Shown here piece by piece: positions 19,514-28,571 of a stretch of DNA of 64,000 bases (the stretch's first letter is position 1; each line of letters opens with the position of its first letter). The position numbers and the translations under genes were made by a program. The DNA lies in NCBI GenBank assembly GCA_045578245.1, contig JAZNJX010000098.1:1188-65187 (forward strand). The letters run 5' to 3'. A model generated the notes under the pieces. It had not been told where the DNA came from and searched no databases. It saw nothing but the letters and a program-made list of their open reading frames with translations. The stretch comes from Candidatus Fimenecus sp. GTDB taxonomy: Bacteria > Bacillota > Clostridia > Oscillospirales > Acutalibacteraceae.

Positions 19514-20980
19514 ATGAAAATTTTGTGGATTATCCTTGGACTTTTAGGACTCTTTATTATTGTAACACTTATCCGTGCTGCTTTCTTTAAGGAGAAAAAA
19601 CAACAGACAGAAAAGCTTCTCCCGGAAATGATTAACATGGAAAAGTACTGTCAGGATTTAAGTGATGCAATTAAAATCAAGACTATTTCAAACTATGACA
19701 GAGAACTTGTTGACTGGGCAGAATTTGAAAAGTTCCATGTATTTTTGGAAGAAAGATTCCCATTGGTACATAAAACTATGACACGTACAAAGATTGCAGA
19801 TGCAAGCCTTGTTTACAAGTGGGAAGGTACAGACCCAAGCCTTGATGGTATTGCAATGCTTGCACATCAGGACGTTGTGCCAATTACTGCTGGTACGGAG
19901 CAGGATTGGGAACACGAACCATTCAGCGGTTACAATGACGGTGAGTTTATCTGGGGCAGAGGCGCAATGGATATGAAAAATCACCTTATTGCTGTAATGG
20001 AATGCATGGAGGAACTTATCAACGAGGGCTTCCGTCCAAAGAGAACAGTTTATATCTGTTTAGGTCACAATGAAGAAGTGGTTGCTGCACCTGACAATGG
20101 TGCAAAGCAGATTGCAGCTTATCTCAAAGAACAGGGTGTTCACCTTGAAGCAGTCCTTGATGAAGGTGGAGCAATTCTTCCGGTTAAACTTGGAAAACTC
20201 CTTGACATCAACCTTACAGGTGTTGGTATTGCTGAAAAAGGTAGTGTAAACTATAAAGTTAGTGTAAATGCAAAGGGTGGTCACTCATCACAGCCACCTA
20301 AGCATACTGCAGTGGGTAAGCTTGCTGATGTAATCAAGGATATTGAAAATCATCAGTTCAAGGCAACAATGCCTGATTATCTCAAACAGCTCATTAAACG
20401 AGTTGGTATGAATGCAGGTTATCCTTTGAGAGTAGTCCTTGTAAATGCTCCGATTTTACAGCCACTCATCCTTGCCATTGCGAAAAATATCCCTGCAGCA
20501 GCTTCTCTTATCCGTACTTGTACAGCTGTTACAATGGCAGAAGGTAGCCCACAGTTTAATGTTCTTCCTCAGAAGGCAAGTGTAACAGTTAACTTCCGTA
20601 CAATGCCTGGCGTTACAATTAAGGATGTTGAAAAGCATATCCGTGACAGCGTAAGAAATAAGGATATTGAAGTGGAGTTCCTCGTTGGTAAAGAGTCATC
20701 ACAGGTTTCTCCAACTGACTCAAAAGCATTCCAGACAATTAAGGAATTAGCAGAAGCACAGAACAGCAAAAATCTTGTTACACCATTCCTTGTAATGGGT
20801 GGCACAGATGCTTATAACTATGAGCCTGTATGTGAAAATATTTACAGATTTGCTCCTTTCGTTGCAGATACAAAGCTTCTTCTCTGTACTCATGGTACAA
20901 ATGAAAGAATCCCAATTGCTTGTTGTGAAGATGCAATTGCATTCTTTAAGAGATATGTACGCAAAATGACCCAAGACTAA
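19514..20980 (+). CDS. membrane-anchored M20/M25/M40 family metallopeptidase
   Basis: N-terminal TM helix. HQDVVP, GRGAMDMK and NEE motifs. Confidence 0.8.
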   Translation: MKILWIILGLLGLFIIVTLIRAAFFKEKKQQTEKLLPEMINMEKYCQDLSDAIKIKTISNYDRELVDWAEFEKFHVFLEERFPLVHKTMTRTKIADASLVYKWEGTDPSLDGIAMLAHQDVVPITAGTEQDWEHEPFSGYNDGEFIWGRGAMDMKNHLIAVMECMEELINEGFRPKRTVYICLGHNEEVVAAPDNGAKQIAAYLKEQGVHLEAVLDEGGAILPVKLGKLLDINLTGVGIAEKGSVNYKVSVNAKGGHSSQPPKHTAVGKLADVIKDIENHQFKATMPDYLKQLIKRVGMNAGYPLRVVLVNAPILQPLILAIAKNIPAAASLIRTCTAVTMAEGSPQFNVLPQKASVTVNFRTMPGVTIKDVEKHIRDSVRNKDIEVEFLVGKESSQVSPTDSKAFQTIKELAEAQNSKNLVTPFLVMGGTDAYNYEPVCENIYRFAPFVADTKLLLCTHGTNERIPIACCEDAIAFFKRYVRKMTQD

Positions 20981-20990
20981 TTCTTTTTGG

Positions 20991-21130
20991 CATATTTTCC
21001 GTAAAACTGCCTTGCTTTCGACTCGCAGTATACTTGATACAGCTTCGTCTTCGCAAGATTGTTTTACAAAAAATCTGCTTAAAAAAGGAGTAAGGGTCCA
21101 TATTTTCCGTAAAACTGCTTTGCTTTTGAC
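20991..21130. repeat. two copies of a 32-bp intergenic direct repeat
   Basis: catattttccgtaaaactgccttgctttcgac at 20991-21022 and catattttccgtaaaactgctttgcttttgac at 21099-21130 (2 mismatches). Confidence 0.9.
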
Positions 21131-21144
21131 CAAGGGTATATTTC

Positions 21145-21173
21145 TTGACAATGAAGCGATAATATGATTTAAT
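21145..21173 (+). promoter_or_regulatory. candidate promoter of the LRR-dockerin gene
   Basis: TTGACA, 17 nt, TTTAAT. Confidence 0.4.
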
Positions 21174-21221
21174 AGACTTGTAAGTTTTCTTATTTTTATG
21201 AAAATTTAGGAGGAAATTATT

Positions 21222-22511
21222 ATGAAAAAGACAATTTCTATTCTTTTAGCATTGGTAATGGCATTGTCAGTATTTTCTGTAATGGCATTAGCAGAAGAAA
21301 CACCTGATATAACTTATGAAGTTCTTTCAGAAGAAGAGAAAACTTGTAAAGTTACAGGTGCGAAAGCAGGCACAGTTAATTTAGTAATTCCTGCTGAAAT
21401 TGATGGATATAAGGTTGTTTATATTGACAATCGCGCTTTCTCATCAAACAAGGAAATTAAGACAGTTCAGATTGCTGATACAGTAGAAAGAATCGGACAA
21501 TACGTTTTCTCAACAACAGAATTCTATAAAGATGAAGCAAACTGGGAAGATGGTGTTCTTTATGTTGGTAAGTTTGTTATAGTTGCAAAATCAACTCTTG
21601 AGGGTGAATATGCAATTAAAGCAGGTACAACTGTAATGGCAGATGGTGCGTTTAGAAGCTGTAAAAAACTTACTAAAATCACAATTCCTGAGGGAATGAA
21701 AGCGATAAGCCTTTTGGCATTTAGAGATTGTGAGACATTAGCAGAAGTTGTATTCCCATCGACACTTAAGTCTATTGGCTCATATGCATTTCTTCATTGT
21801 ACAGCACTTAAAGCTGTAACTCTTCCAGAAAGCTTGGAAAAGATAGGCTCATATTCATTTAATGATTCTGGTCTTACAGATGTTACAATTCCTGCAAGTG
21901 TTAAAGAAATTGATAAATATGCTTTTTGCCATTGCGCTGATTTGACAGCAATCAATGTTGCAGAAGCAAATGAAAATTATTCATCAGCATCAGGAATTCT
22001 TTACAATAAGGATAAAACAACAGTTGTTTATGTTCCATACAAGGTTGATTATTCAACCTTTGAACTCCCAGAAACAGTAACAACTATTGGTAAAGGTGCT
22101 TTTGAGGGCGCAACCTTTGAAGAGTTTGAAATTCCAGAAACTGTAACAACTATTGAGAATGCAGCATTTGAGGGCTGTGCAAATCTTAAAAAAGTTAAGA
22201 TTCCTGCAAGTGTAACAGAAATTGCTGACAATGCTTTTGCGAAATGTCACGCTCATTTTGTTATCGAGGCACCAGAGGGGTCATATGCATATTCGTATGC
22301 ATTAGAGAATGGTTACATTTTAAATGGTATCATGGGCGATGTAACAGGTGACGGTAAAGTAACTGCTATCGATGCAAGACAGATATTACAATGTGCTGCT
22401 TCGAATGCAGAGTTTTCTCCTGAACAAATTAAGTTAGCAGATTTAAATGGGGATGGAAAAGTTACTGCATTTGATGCGCGCTTAGCACTTCAAGTAGCTG
22501 CGAACTCATAA
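21222..22511 (+). CDS. secreted BspA-type leucine-rich-repeat protein with C-terminal type I dockerin
   Basis: Signal peptide MKKTISILLALVMALSVFSVMALA. Repeated AF..C..L..V.IP motifs. Duplicated Ca-binding segments GDVTGDGKVTAIDAR and DLNGDGKVTAFDAR. Confidence 0.8.
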   Translation: MKKTISILLALVMALSVFSVMALAEETPDITYEVLSEEEKTCKVTGAKAGTVNLVIPAEIDGYKVVYIDNRAFSSNKEIKTVQIADTVERIGQYVFSTTEFYKDEANWEDGVLYVGKFVIVAKSTLEGEYAIKAGTTVMADGAFRSCKKLTKITIPEGMKAISLLAFRDCETLAEVVFPSTLKSIGSYAFLHCTALKAVTLPESLEKIGSYSFNDSGLTDVTIPASVKEIDKYAFCHCADLTAINVAEANENYSSASGILYNKDKTTVVYVPYKVDYSTFELPETVTTIGKGAFEGATFEEFEIPETVTTIENAAFEGCANLKKVKIPASVTEIADNAFAKCHAHFVIEAPEGSYAYSYALENGYILNGIMGDVTGDGKVTAIDARQILQCAASNAEFSPEQIKLADLNGDGKVTAFDARLALQVAANS

Positions 22512-22528
22512 TTTTAACGAGTAAAAAA

Positions 22529-22561
22529 GTAGGGCAGGTGAAAACTTGTCCTACTTTTTTT
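22529..22561 (+). terminator. rho-independent terminator
   Basis: 10-bp stem gtagggcagg/cttgtcctac (2 G-U pairs), 6-nt loop, T7 run. Confidence 0.7.
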
Positions 22562-22570
22562 GTAGTTAAG

Positions 22571-22599
22571 TTGACAATTGAAAGATAATCGTTTATACT
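22571..22599 (+). promoter_or_regulatory. candidate sigma-A promoter
   Basis: TTGACA, 17 nt, TATACT. Confidence 0.45.
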
Positions 22600-22630
22600 A
22601 ACTATGATTAATGTATAATGGAGTAGTTTA

Positions 22631-23746
22631 ATGTTGATGAAGTTTTCCGCACCATGCCTTTTAGGGTTGGAAGGATTGGTCGCTCAGGAATTGCGTGATA
22701 TGGACGCCATAAATGTTGTGGCAAATAATGGTAGAGTTGATTTTGAGGGCGATGAAAGTATTCTTGCTCGTGCAAATATTGGCTCACGTTATAGTGAAAG
22801 AATATTAATTCGAATGGGTGAGTTTAAGGCAGTAACCTTTGAACAACTTTTTCAAGGAGTAAAGAAAATACCTTGGGAAAAATGGATTTCTAAAACAGAT
22901 GCTTTCCCTGTAAAAGGATATTCACTTAATTCAAAGCTTTTTTCCGTAAGTGACTGTCAGGCAATTATTAAAAAAGCAGTTGTTGAAAGACTTAAAGAAA
23001 AATATAAAATATCTTGGTTTGAGGAAACAGGACCTATTCATCAGATTCAGTTTTCAATAATGAAAGATGTTGTTACTGTATTTATTGATACATCCGGTGT
23101 GGGATTGCACAAGAGAGGTTATCGACCTGTTGCGAATTCAGCTCCGATTAAAGAAACCCTTGCGGCAGCAATGGCTGACCTTGCAAGACTTCGTCATTAT
23201 CACACACTTTATGATGTGTGTTGTGGTTCAGGCACAATTCTTATTGAGGGTGCTATGAAAGCACTTAATATTGCACCCGGACTTAAACGGTCCTTTATCT
23301 CTGAAAGATTTGAGAATATCGATTCTAAATTCTGGCAACAGGAAAGAATGAGAGCTGCTGATATGGTTATTCAGGATGCTGATTTTATGGCTTATGGCTC
23401 CGATATTGATTTCCGTGCTCTTGAGGTTGCAAGAGAAAATGCAAGACGTGCCGGAGTAGGAATGAAAATCGACCTTTCAAAAAGAGATTTAAAAGATTTT
23501 ACAAGAAAAAGTGAGAAAGGCACTGTCATTTGCAACCCACCTTATGGTGAGCGAATGTTAGATATAAAAGCAGCCGAGGATATTTACAAAACAATGGGGA
23601 ACATCTTTACTCCTGAAAGAGGTTGGGCATACTATATTATAAGTCCCGACGAGGAATTTGAAAAAGTCTTTGGCAGAAAAGCAGACAAAAGACGTAAACT
23701 ATATAACGGTATGATAAAATGCCAGTTATATATGTATTACAAGTAA
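22631..23746 (+). CDS. THUMP-domain class I SAM-dependent RNA methyltransferase (RlmL/YpsC-like)
   Basis: 371 aa. NPPYGER motif and DVCCGSGT SAM motif. Confidence 0.8.
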   Translation: MLMKFSAPCLLGLEGLVAQELRDMDAINVVANNGRVDFEGDESILARANIGSRYSERILIRMGEFKAVTFEQLFQGVKKIPWEKWISKTDAFPVKGYSLNSKLFSVSDCQAIIKKAVVERLKEKYKISWFEETGPIHQIQFSIMKDVVTVFIDTSGVGLHKRGYRPVANSAPIKETLAAAMADLARLRHYHTLYDVCCGSGTILIEGAMKALNIAPGLKRSFISERFENIDSKFWQQERMRAADMVIQDADFMAYGSDIDFRALEVARENARRAGVGMKIDLSKRDLKDFTRKSEKGTVICNPPYGERMLDIKAAEDIYKTMGNIFTPERGWAYYIISPDEEFEKVFGRKADKRRKLYNGMIKCQLYMYYK

Positions 23747-23759
23747 TTAGGAGAACGAT

Positions 23760-24686
23760 ATGAAACACATTTTTATAGTTAACCCTGTTTCGGGTAAAGG
23801 AAAAAATGCGAAAAATTATATCCCTACAATTGAAAAGTATATTAAAGAAAAAAATCTTAATGCGGATATTTATGTAACAAGTGCAAGCCGTGACGGTATG
23901 CGTTATGTTGAGGAAGTTGCAAAAAAAGGTGAACCGGTAAGATTCTATTCTTGTGGGGGAGATGGAACTCTCTACGAAATCGTAAACGGATGCTATAAAT
24001 ATCCAAATTGTGAAGTTGCAAATATTCCATTAGGCTCAGGTAATGATTTTAGCCGCCTTTTCGGTAGAAATACAAATATTGACGACCATGTAAATGGTGT
24101 TCCTGTAAAACTTGACCTTATTGAAACAGATGGTCAGGTTGCAATTAATGAATGTGCAATGGGTATCGACTCTGAAGTTTGTGCAAGACAAGTTAAGTAT
24201 AAGCAGTTGCCATTAGTTAATGGTGAGTTGGCATATACTCTTTCCGCACTTCGTTGTGTTGTTTTCAGTAAGGTTAATAATAAATTCAGAATAACAATCG
24301 ACCACGACAAGGTTTATGAGGATGATTTCCTTTTCTGCTATATCGGAAATTCACGATGGTATGGTGGTGGATATATGGCGGCGCCGGGTGCTATGCCTAA
24401 CGATGGTCTTATTGACTGTGTTATGGTAAGATACACAAAGGAAATTGCTAAAAAAGGTCCTCTTGGTTTACTTCCACTTTTGGATAAATATAAGAATGGC
24501 GAACACCTTAATTGGGACTTTACAAAACTTGTTCATTGTAAGCATGTTAAGATTGAGAGTCAGAACCCTGCAGCAGTTAATGTTGATGGTGAATGTGCTT
24601 ATGTTACAGAACGTGAGTTCCAACTTTTAGAGGGTGCAATTACATTTATTGTGCCTCGTGGCTCAAAATTTCTTGAATTGATATAG
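23760..24686 (+). CDS. diacylglycerol/lipid kinase family protein (YegS/BmrU type)
   Basis: GGDGT motif and GSGNDF. Confidence 0.8.
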   Translation: MKHIFIVNPVSGKGKNAKNYIPTIEKYIKEKNLNADIYVTSASRDGMRYVEEVAKKGEPVRFYSCGGDGTLYEIVNGCYKYPNCEVANIPLGSGNDFSRLFGRNTNIDDHVNGVPVKLDLIETDGQVAINECAMGIDSEVCARQVKYKQLPLVNGELAYTLSALRCVVFSKVNNKFRITIDHDKVYEDDFLFCYIGNSRWYGGGYMAAPGAMPNDGLIDCVMVRYTKEIAKKGPLGLLPLLDKYKNGEHLNWDFTKLVHCKHVKIESQNPAAVNVDGECAYVTEREFQLLEGAITFIVPRGSKFLELI

Positions 24687-24747
24687 TAAAAAACAGGATG
24701 GTGGATGAGGAAAGTCTTATCCACCATTTTTTAGAGGATAATGCAAG

Positions 24748-25497
24748 GTGTATAATTTTTTTGTTAATGAAAATCAGAGATTAAACGATAAATACGTGAT
24801 AAAAGATTCGGATTTTAACCACATAAAAAATGTGCTTAGAATGACTGTTGGTGACACTTTTCTTGTGAGTGATAATGGTGTCAGCAACCTTTGTGAAATT
24901 GAAGGATTTGAAAGTGAATCTGTAATAGCAAGGATAATTGAGGAGAATTATAACGACACGAGTCTTCCAATCAGTATTTATCTTTTCCAAGGGCTTCCCA
25001 AAGGGGATAAAATGGAATTGATTATTCAAAAAACTGTGGAATTAGGTGTCGAGAGTGTAATTCCTGTGGAAATGAATCGTTGTGTTGTGAAACTTGATGA
25101 TAAGAAAAAGAGAAGCAAGGTTTCTCGTTGGCAATCTATTTCCGAAAGCGCAGCAAAGCAGAGTAAATGCAATAAAATTCCAGAGATTACGGATGTGCTT
25201 ACATACAAACAGGCGTTGGAAAAAGCAAAAGAACTTGATTTGCTTTTAGTTCCTTATGAAAGCAAAAACGGAATGGAAGATACAAAAGAGGCACTTTCAC
25301 AAATCAAAAAAGGTATGTCCGTAGGTATCCTAATCGGTCCAGAGGGCGGATTTGACGAGAAAGAAATTGAACTTGCAACAGAAAACGGAGGAAAGACCGT
25401 ATCCTTAGGCAAGAGAATTCTCCGTACCGAAACTGCTGCAATCACATCTGTTGGAATGTGTATGCTGCATGCTGAAATGTTTTTGGGTGAGGAATAA
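24748..25497 (+). CDS. rsmE: 16S rRNA (uracil1498-N3)-methyltransferase
   Basis: 249 aa. IGPEGGF and LG.RILR.ETA motifs; GTG start. Confidence 0.85.
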   Translation: MYNFFVNENQRLNDKYVIKDSDFNHIKNVLRMTVGDTFLVSDNGVSNLCEIEGFESESVIARIIEENYNDTSLPISIYLFQGLPKGDKMELIIQKTVELGVESVIPVEMNRCVVKLDDKKKRSKVSRWQSISESAAKQSKCNKIPEITDVLTYKQALEKAKELDLLLVPYESKNGMEDTKEALSQIKKGMSVGILIGPEGGFDEKEIELATENGGKTVSLGKRILRTETAAITSVGMCMLHAEMFLGEE

Positions 25498-26849
25498 TGA
25501 AGCAATTACCAGTTGAATTTCAGGAAAGAATGAGAAAGCTTTTGGGTGATGAATACCAAAAGTTTATAGAATCTTATGACGAAAAACCTGTAAGAGCATT
25601 TCGTGTAAATACGGACAAGATTTCACTTGAGGATTTTGAAAAAATCAACCCATTCTCAACAGAGAGAATTCCATATGTTGAAAACGGTTTTTATTTTGAT
25701 TACGATGGTATTGGCAACCACCCATATCACCATGCAGGTATGATTTATATTCAGGAACCAGCTGCAATGGTGCCTGTTGAGAGTATAGATATTCAACCTG
25801 ATTGGAAAATTCTTGATTTGTGTGCAGCCCCTGGTGGGAAGAGTAGCCAGATTAAGAATAAGTTGGGGGAAGATGGCGTTCTTGTATCCAATGAAATTGT
25901 TCCGTCAAGATGTAAGATTTTGACAGGCAATATAGAGCGAATGGGCTTCAGAAATGTTGTAACAACTTGCATGCATCCACAGAAACTACAAAAGGTTTTT
26001 CCAAAAACATTTGATATGATTATGGTTGATGCACCTTGTTCAGGAGAGGGAATGTTCCGTAAAGAAGAAGTTGCAATTGACGAGTGGACTCCTGAAAATG
26101 TGAAAATGTGTGCAGAGCGCCAGGAAGAGATTTTGGATTGTGCAGTGAAAATGCTTAAAGACGGTGGATATATTGTTTATTCAACCTGCACTTTCTCCCT
26201 TGAAGAAAACGAAATGACGGTTGATACCTTTTTACAACATCACCCTGATTTTGAGTTGATTCCAACAACACAAAGAGTGACAGAAAATACTGTTGACGGA
26301 ATTAACTTTGAGGGTTGTAATTGTAAAAATCTTGATTTTACAAGACGATGCTACCCACACAAAACAAAGGGTGAAGGACAATTTGTAGCAGTGCTTCACA
26401 ATACTTTAGAAGACTATACAAGTAATGTATCATCAATAAATATAGAAAAAATTGATAAAGCTGTTACAGATTTCCTTGACGACACACTATCCACGTATGA
26501 TAAAAACAATGTGATTATGTATAAAGGAAATCCCGTTTACTTTACACCTCGTTTCCCGGTTGCTAAAGGTACTGCCTTTTCCTGTGGTGTGACAATCGGT
26601 GAAATTCGCAAAAATTATATTCAGCCACATCACCAATTTTTTATGGCTATGGGTACAGATTTTAAACGAAAAATTGAACTTTCGGCTGGTAGTGATGAAA
26701 TAAAGAAATATCTTCATGGTGAAGAGCTTGAAACCGACTGCAAAAATGGTTGGGCAGTAGTAATGGTTGACGGATGCACAGTGGGTGGTGTAAAGGTATC
26801 AAACGGCAGAGCAAAAAACCACTATCCAAAAGGCCTCAGGACAAAATAA
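25497..26849 (+). CDS. NOL1/NOP2/Sun-family rRNA cytosine-C5 methyltransferase (RsmF/RsmB-like)
   Basis: DLCAAPGGKS, DAPCSGEG and YSTCT motifs. Confidence 0.85.
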   Translation: MKQLPVEFQERMRKLLGDEYQKFIESYDEKPVRAFRVNTDKISLEDFEKINPFSTERIPYVENGFYFDYDGIGNHPYHHAGMIYIQEPAAMVPVESIDIQPDWKILDLCAAPGGKSSQIKNKLGEDGVLVSNEIVPSRCKILTGNIERMGFRNVVTTCMHPQKLQKVFPKTFDMIMVDAPCSGEGMFRKEEVAIDEWTPENVKMCAERQEEILDCAVKMLKDGGYIVYSTCTFSLEENEMTVDTFLQHHPDFELIPTTQRVTENTVDGINFEGCNCKNLDFTRRCYPHKTKGEGQFVAVLHNTLEDYTSNVSSINIEKIDKAVTDFLDDTLSTYDKNNVIMYKGNPVYFTPRFPVAKGTAFSCGVTIGEIRKNYIQPHHQFFMAMGTDFKRKIELSAGSDEIKKYLHGEELETDCKNGWAVVMVDGCTVGGVKVSNGRAKNHYPKGLRTK

Positions 26850-26863
26850 AATTATTTTTTCGC

Positions 26864-26900
26864 AATACCGCGTGTCTTTCAGCTCGCGGTATTTACTTTT
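26864..26900 (+). terminator. rho-independent terminator
   Basis: Perfect 9-bp stem aataccgcg/cgcggtatt, 12-nt loop, then T-rich tacttttgtg. Confidence 0.5.
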
Positions 26901-26931
26901 GTGATATTATATTTTATTCTTCTCATTCACC

Positions 26932-26960
26932 TTGACAAACCTCTAAAACATTTGTATAAT
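26932..26960 (+). promoter_or_regulatory. consensus sigma-A promoter of tRNA-Thr
   Basis: TTGACA, exactly 17 nt, TATAAT; 20 nt upstream of the tRNA 5' end. Confidence 0.65.
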
Positions 26961-26980
26961 AACCCTTGCAAATTTAATAT

Positions 26981-27056
26981 GCTGCTATGGCTCAGGTGGC
27001 AGAGCACGTCCTTGGTAAGGACGAGGTCACCGGTTCGAATCCGGTTAGCAGCTCCA
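26981..27056 (+). tRNA. tRNA-Thr (anticodon GGU), CCA encoded
   Basis: Hand-folded cloverleaf. Acceptor GCTGCTA/TAGCAGC, D stem GCTC/GAGC, anticodon stem CGTCC/GGACG with loop TTGGTAA, T arm ACCGG-TTCGAAT-CCGGT. Confidence 0.9.
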
Positions 27057-27057
27057 A
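27012..27057. repeat. attL core (3' part of tRNA-Thr)
   Basis: ttggtaaggacgaggtcaccggttcgaatccggttagcagctccaa, identical to 62387-62432. Confidence 0.9.
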
Positions 27058-27210
27058 CTGAAAAACCGTTGAAACCCTTGTAAATAAAGGATTTTAGCGG
27101 TTTTTTGTGTTTTATATGTTATTTCTTTTAAATACCTCTTTTAAATTTAAAACGATTTAAAACGGTGTGAAATTGTTTAGGTTGCAAACATAATTACAAA
27201 CATTTTTGCA

Positions 27211-27240
27211 AGAAAAAAGCTCACTTTTTACAGTGAGCTT
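27211..27240 (-). terminator. rho-independent terminator downstream of integrase
   Basis: Perfect 9-bp stem aagctcact/agtgagctt. On the minus strand it is followed by TTTTTTC. Confidence 0.6.
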
Positions 27241-27246
27241 AACTTT

Positions 27247-28437
27247 TTAAACGGATAATTTTTTCATTTCTTCCTGTAAATCTTTGATTTCAAAATGCTC
27301 ATAATAATTTACGGTAGTTGAATAATCTTCGTGTCCCATAATTTCTTGTAATACTTCAGCCTTCATACCCGACTTGGAAGCAAGTGAAGCGAAAGTGTGT
27401 CTTGTGCTATAAGGTGTTAATCTTGGTGGATGCTCTTTTGAAAACTTTTCTTCACCTTCAGGCAGTTCCAGTATACCTAATTCCAATAGTAATGGATAAA
27501 AGTTTCTTGAACGAAAATTTTTCAAATCATATTTCTTTCCTTTTGAATTTGAAATCAGCGGAGAATTTAGTTCAACAACTTTTTTGCTACGAGCTTCTTT
27601 ATACCATTGTTCAATATATGGTCTGATGAAAGGATGTATAGGAACTTTGCGATTCATTCCTGCTTCTGTTTTGCTACCACCAACAATATACCCTTCTTCA
27701 AGATTTACATTATCAGTGGTTACAGCAAAAAGTTCGTTAGGCCTGAACCCGGTGTAAATAAAAGTTAAAATAATTCTTGCAGTTTCCTCTTTATCATTAT
27801 CTTTTAAAAGTTTTATTTCTTCATCGGTGAAAATAGACTTTTCTTTTTGCTGTGCTTTGGGTAACACAAGGAACTGGGCATAGTTTTTATTAAGCAGGTC
27901 ATATTCCATAGCTTTTTTACAAAGCTGGCTACAAAGTTGTTTTACTTTGTCACACTGGTCTCTTGAATATTTTTCTGCACAAAGGTCAATGCATTCTTGA
28001 AAGTGCACTGTGCGTAATTCTCTAACTTTCATATTTGCAATTGATTGCAAATATTTCCATGCAGTTTTATATCCCTGCTCACCTGATGCAGATAATTCTC
28101 TGAAATGAACATCTGACCATTCGCCATAAAGTTTTTGTAGAGTATATGTATTTCTATCACTGATACCATTTATCTGTGCCTCAAGGATTGCTTTTTTCGC
28201 CTCAGTTTCCGTTGCAAAAGAACCGATGAATATTCGCTTTTTATTAACAGTAATTGAAGCTGACCACGGCCGTGACTTTCTTCCCTTTTGTTTATAGATG
28301 CTTCCCTCACCGTTTGCTCTTTTTTTAGAACGCGGGTCTGCAATTTGTTTTCTGCCACACCATTGACAGAATAGAGCATCATCGGGAATTTCCTTTTTAC
28401 ACTTTTTGCAAAGCATTATATCACTCCTTTTGGGCAT
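27247..28437 (-). CDS. int: tyrosine-type site-specific integrase with N-terminal zinc ribbon
   Basis: 396 aa. CKKCKKEIPDDALFCQWCG at the N-terminus. C-terminal RHTFASL...GHEDYSTTVNYYEH catalytic region. Confidence 0.9.
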   Translation of the reverse strand: MPKRSDIMLCKKCKKEIPDDALFCQWCGRKQIADPRSKKRANGEGSIYKQKGRKSRPWSASITVNKKRIFIGSFATETEAKKAILEAQINGISDRNTYTLQKLYGEWSDVHFRELSASGEQGYKTAWKYLQSIANMKVRELRTVHFQECIDLCAEKYSRDQCDKVKQLCSQLCKKAMEYDLLNKNYAQFLVLPKAQQKEKSIFTDEEIKLLKDNDKEETARIILTFIYTGFRPNELFAVTTDNVNLEEGYIVGGSKTEAGMNRKVPIHPFIRPYIEQWYKEARSKKVVELNSPLISNSKGKKYDLKNFRSRNFYPLLLELGILELPEGEEKFSKEHPPRLTPYSTRHTFASLASKSGMKAEVLQEIMGHEDYSTTVNYYEHFEIKDLQEEMKKLSV

Positions 28438-28571
28438 AAAAATGCCCGAGACTTGATTTTTCAGTCCGGGTGTGATACAATATAACCGCTTTGGAGAGCC
28501 GGTTTGTTTGTATCACACTCAGACCGTATATGAACCGTTCATCTGCGCCAAAAGATGGGCGGTTTTTATTT

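Noticed and set aside
20991-21130. Possible CRISPR array
   Set aside because: There are only two repeat copies with a 76-bp spacer and no cas genes. No CRISPR-like array exists anywhere in the window.
20747-21151. 134-aa minus-strand ORF with repeated SKAVLRKI
   Set aside because: It overlaps the 3' end of the M20 peptidase gene. The internal peptide repeat is simply the translation of the 32-bp intergenic DNA repeat.
26901-27083. 60-aa ORF
   Set aside because: It overlaps the tRNA-Thr promoter and the tRNA gene itself.
27058-27110. Terminator-like hairpin just after tRNA-Thr (aaaaccg...cggtttttt)
   Set aside because: The stem is only about 7 bp with a loop of about 27 nt. That is too weak to annotate with confidence.
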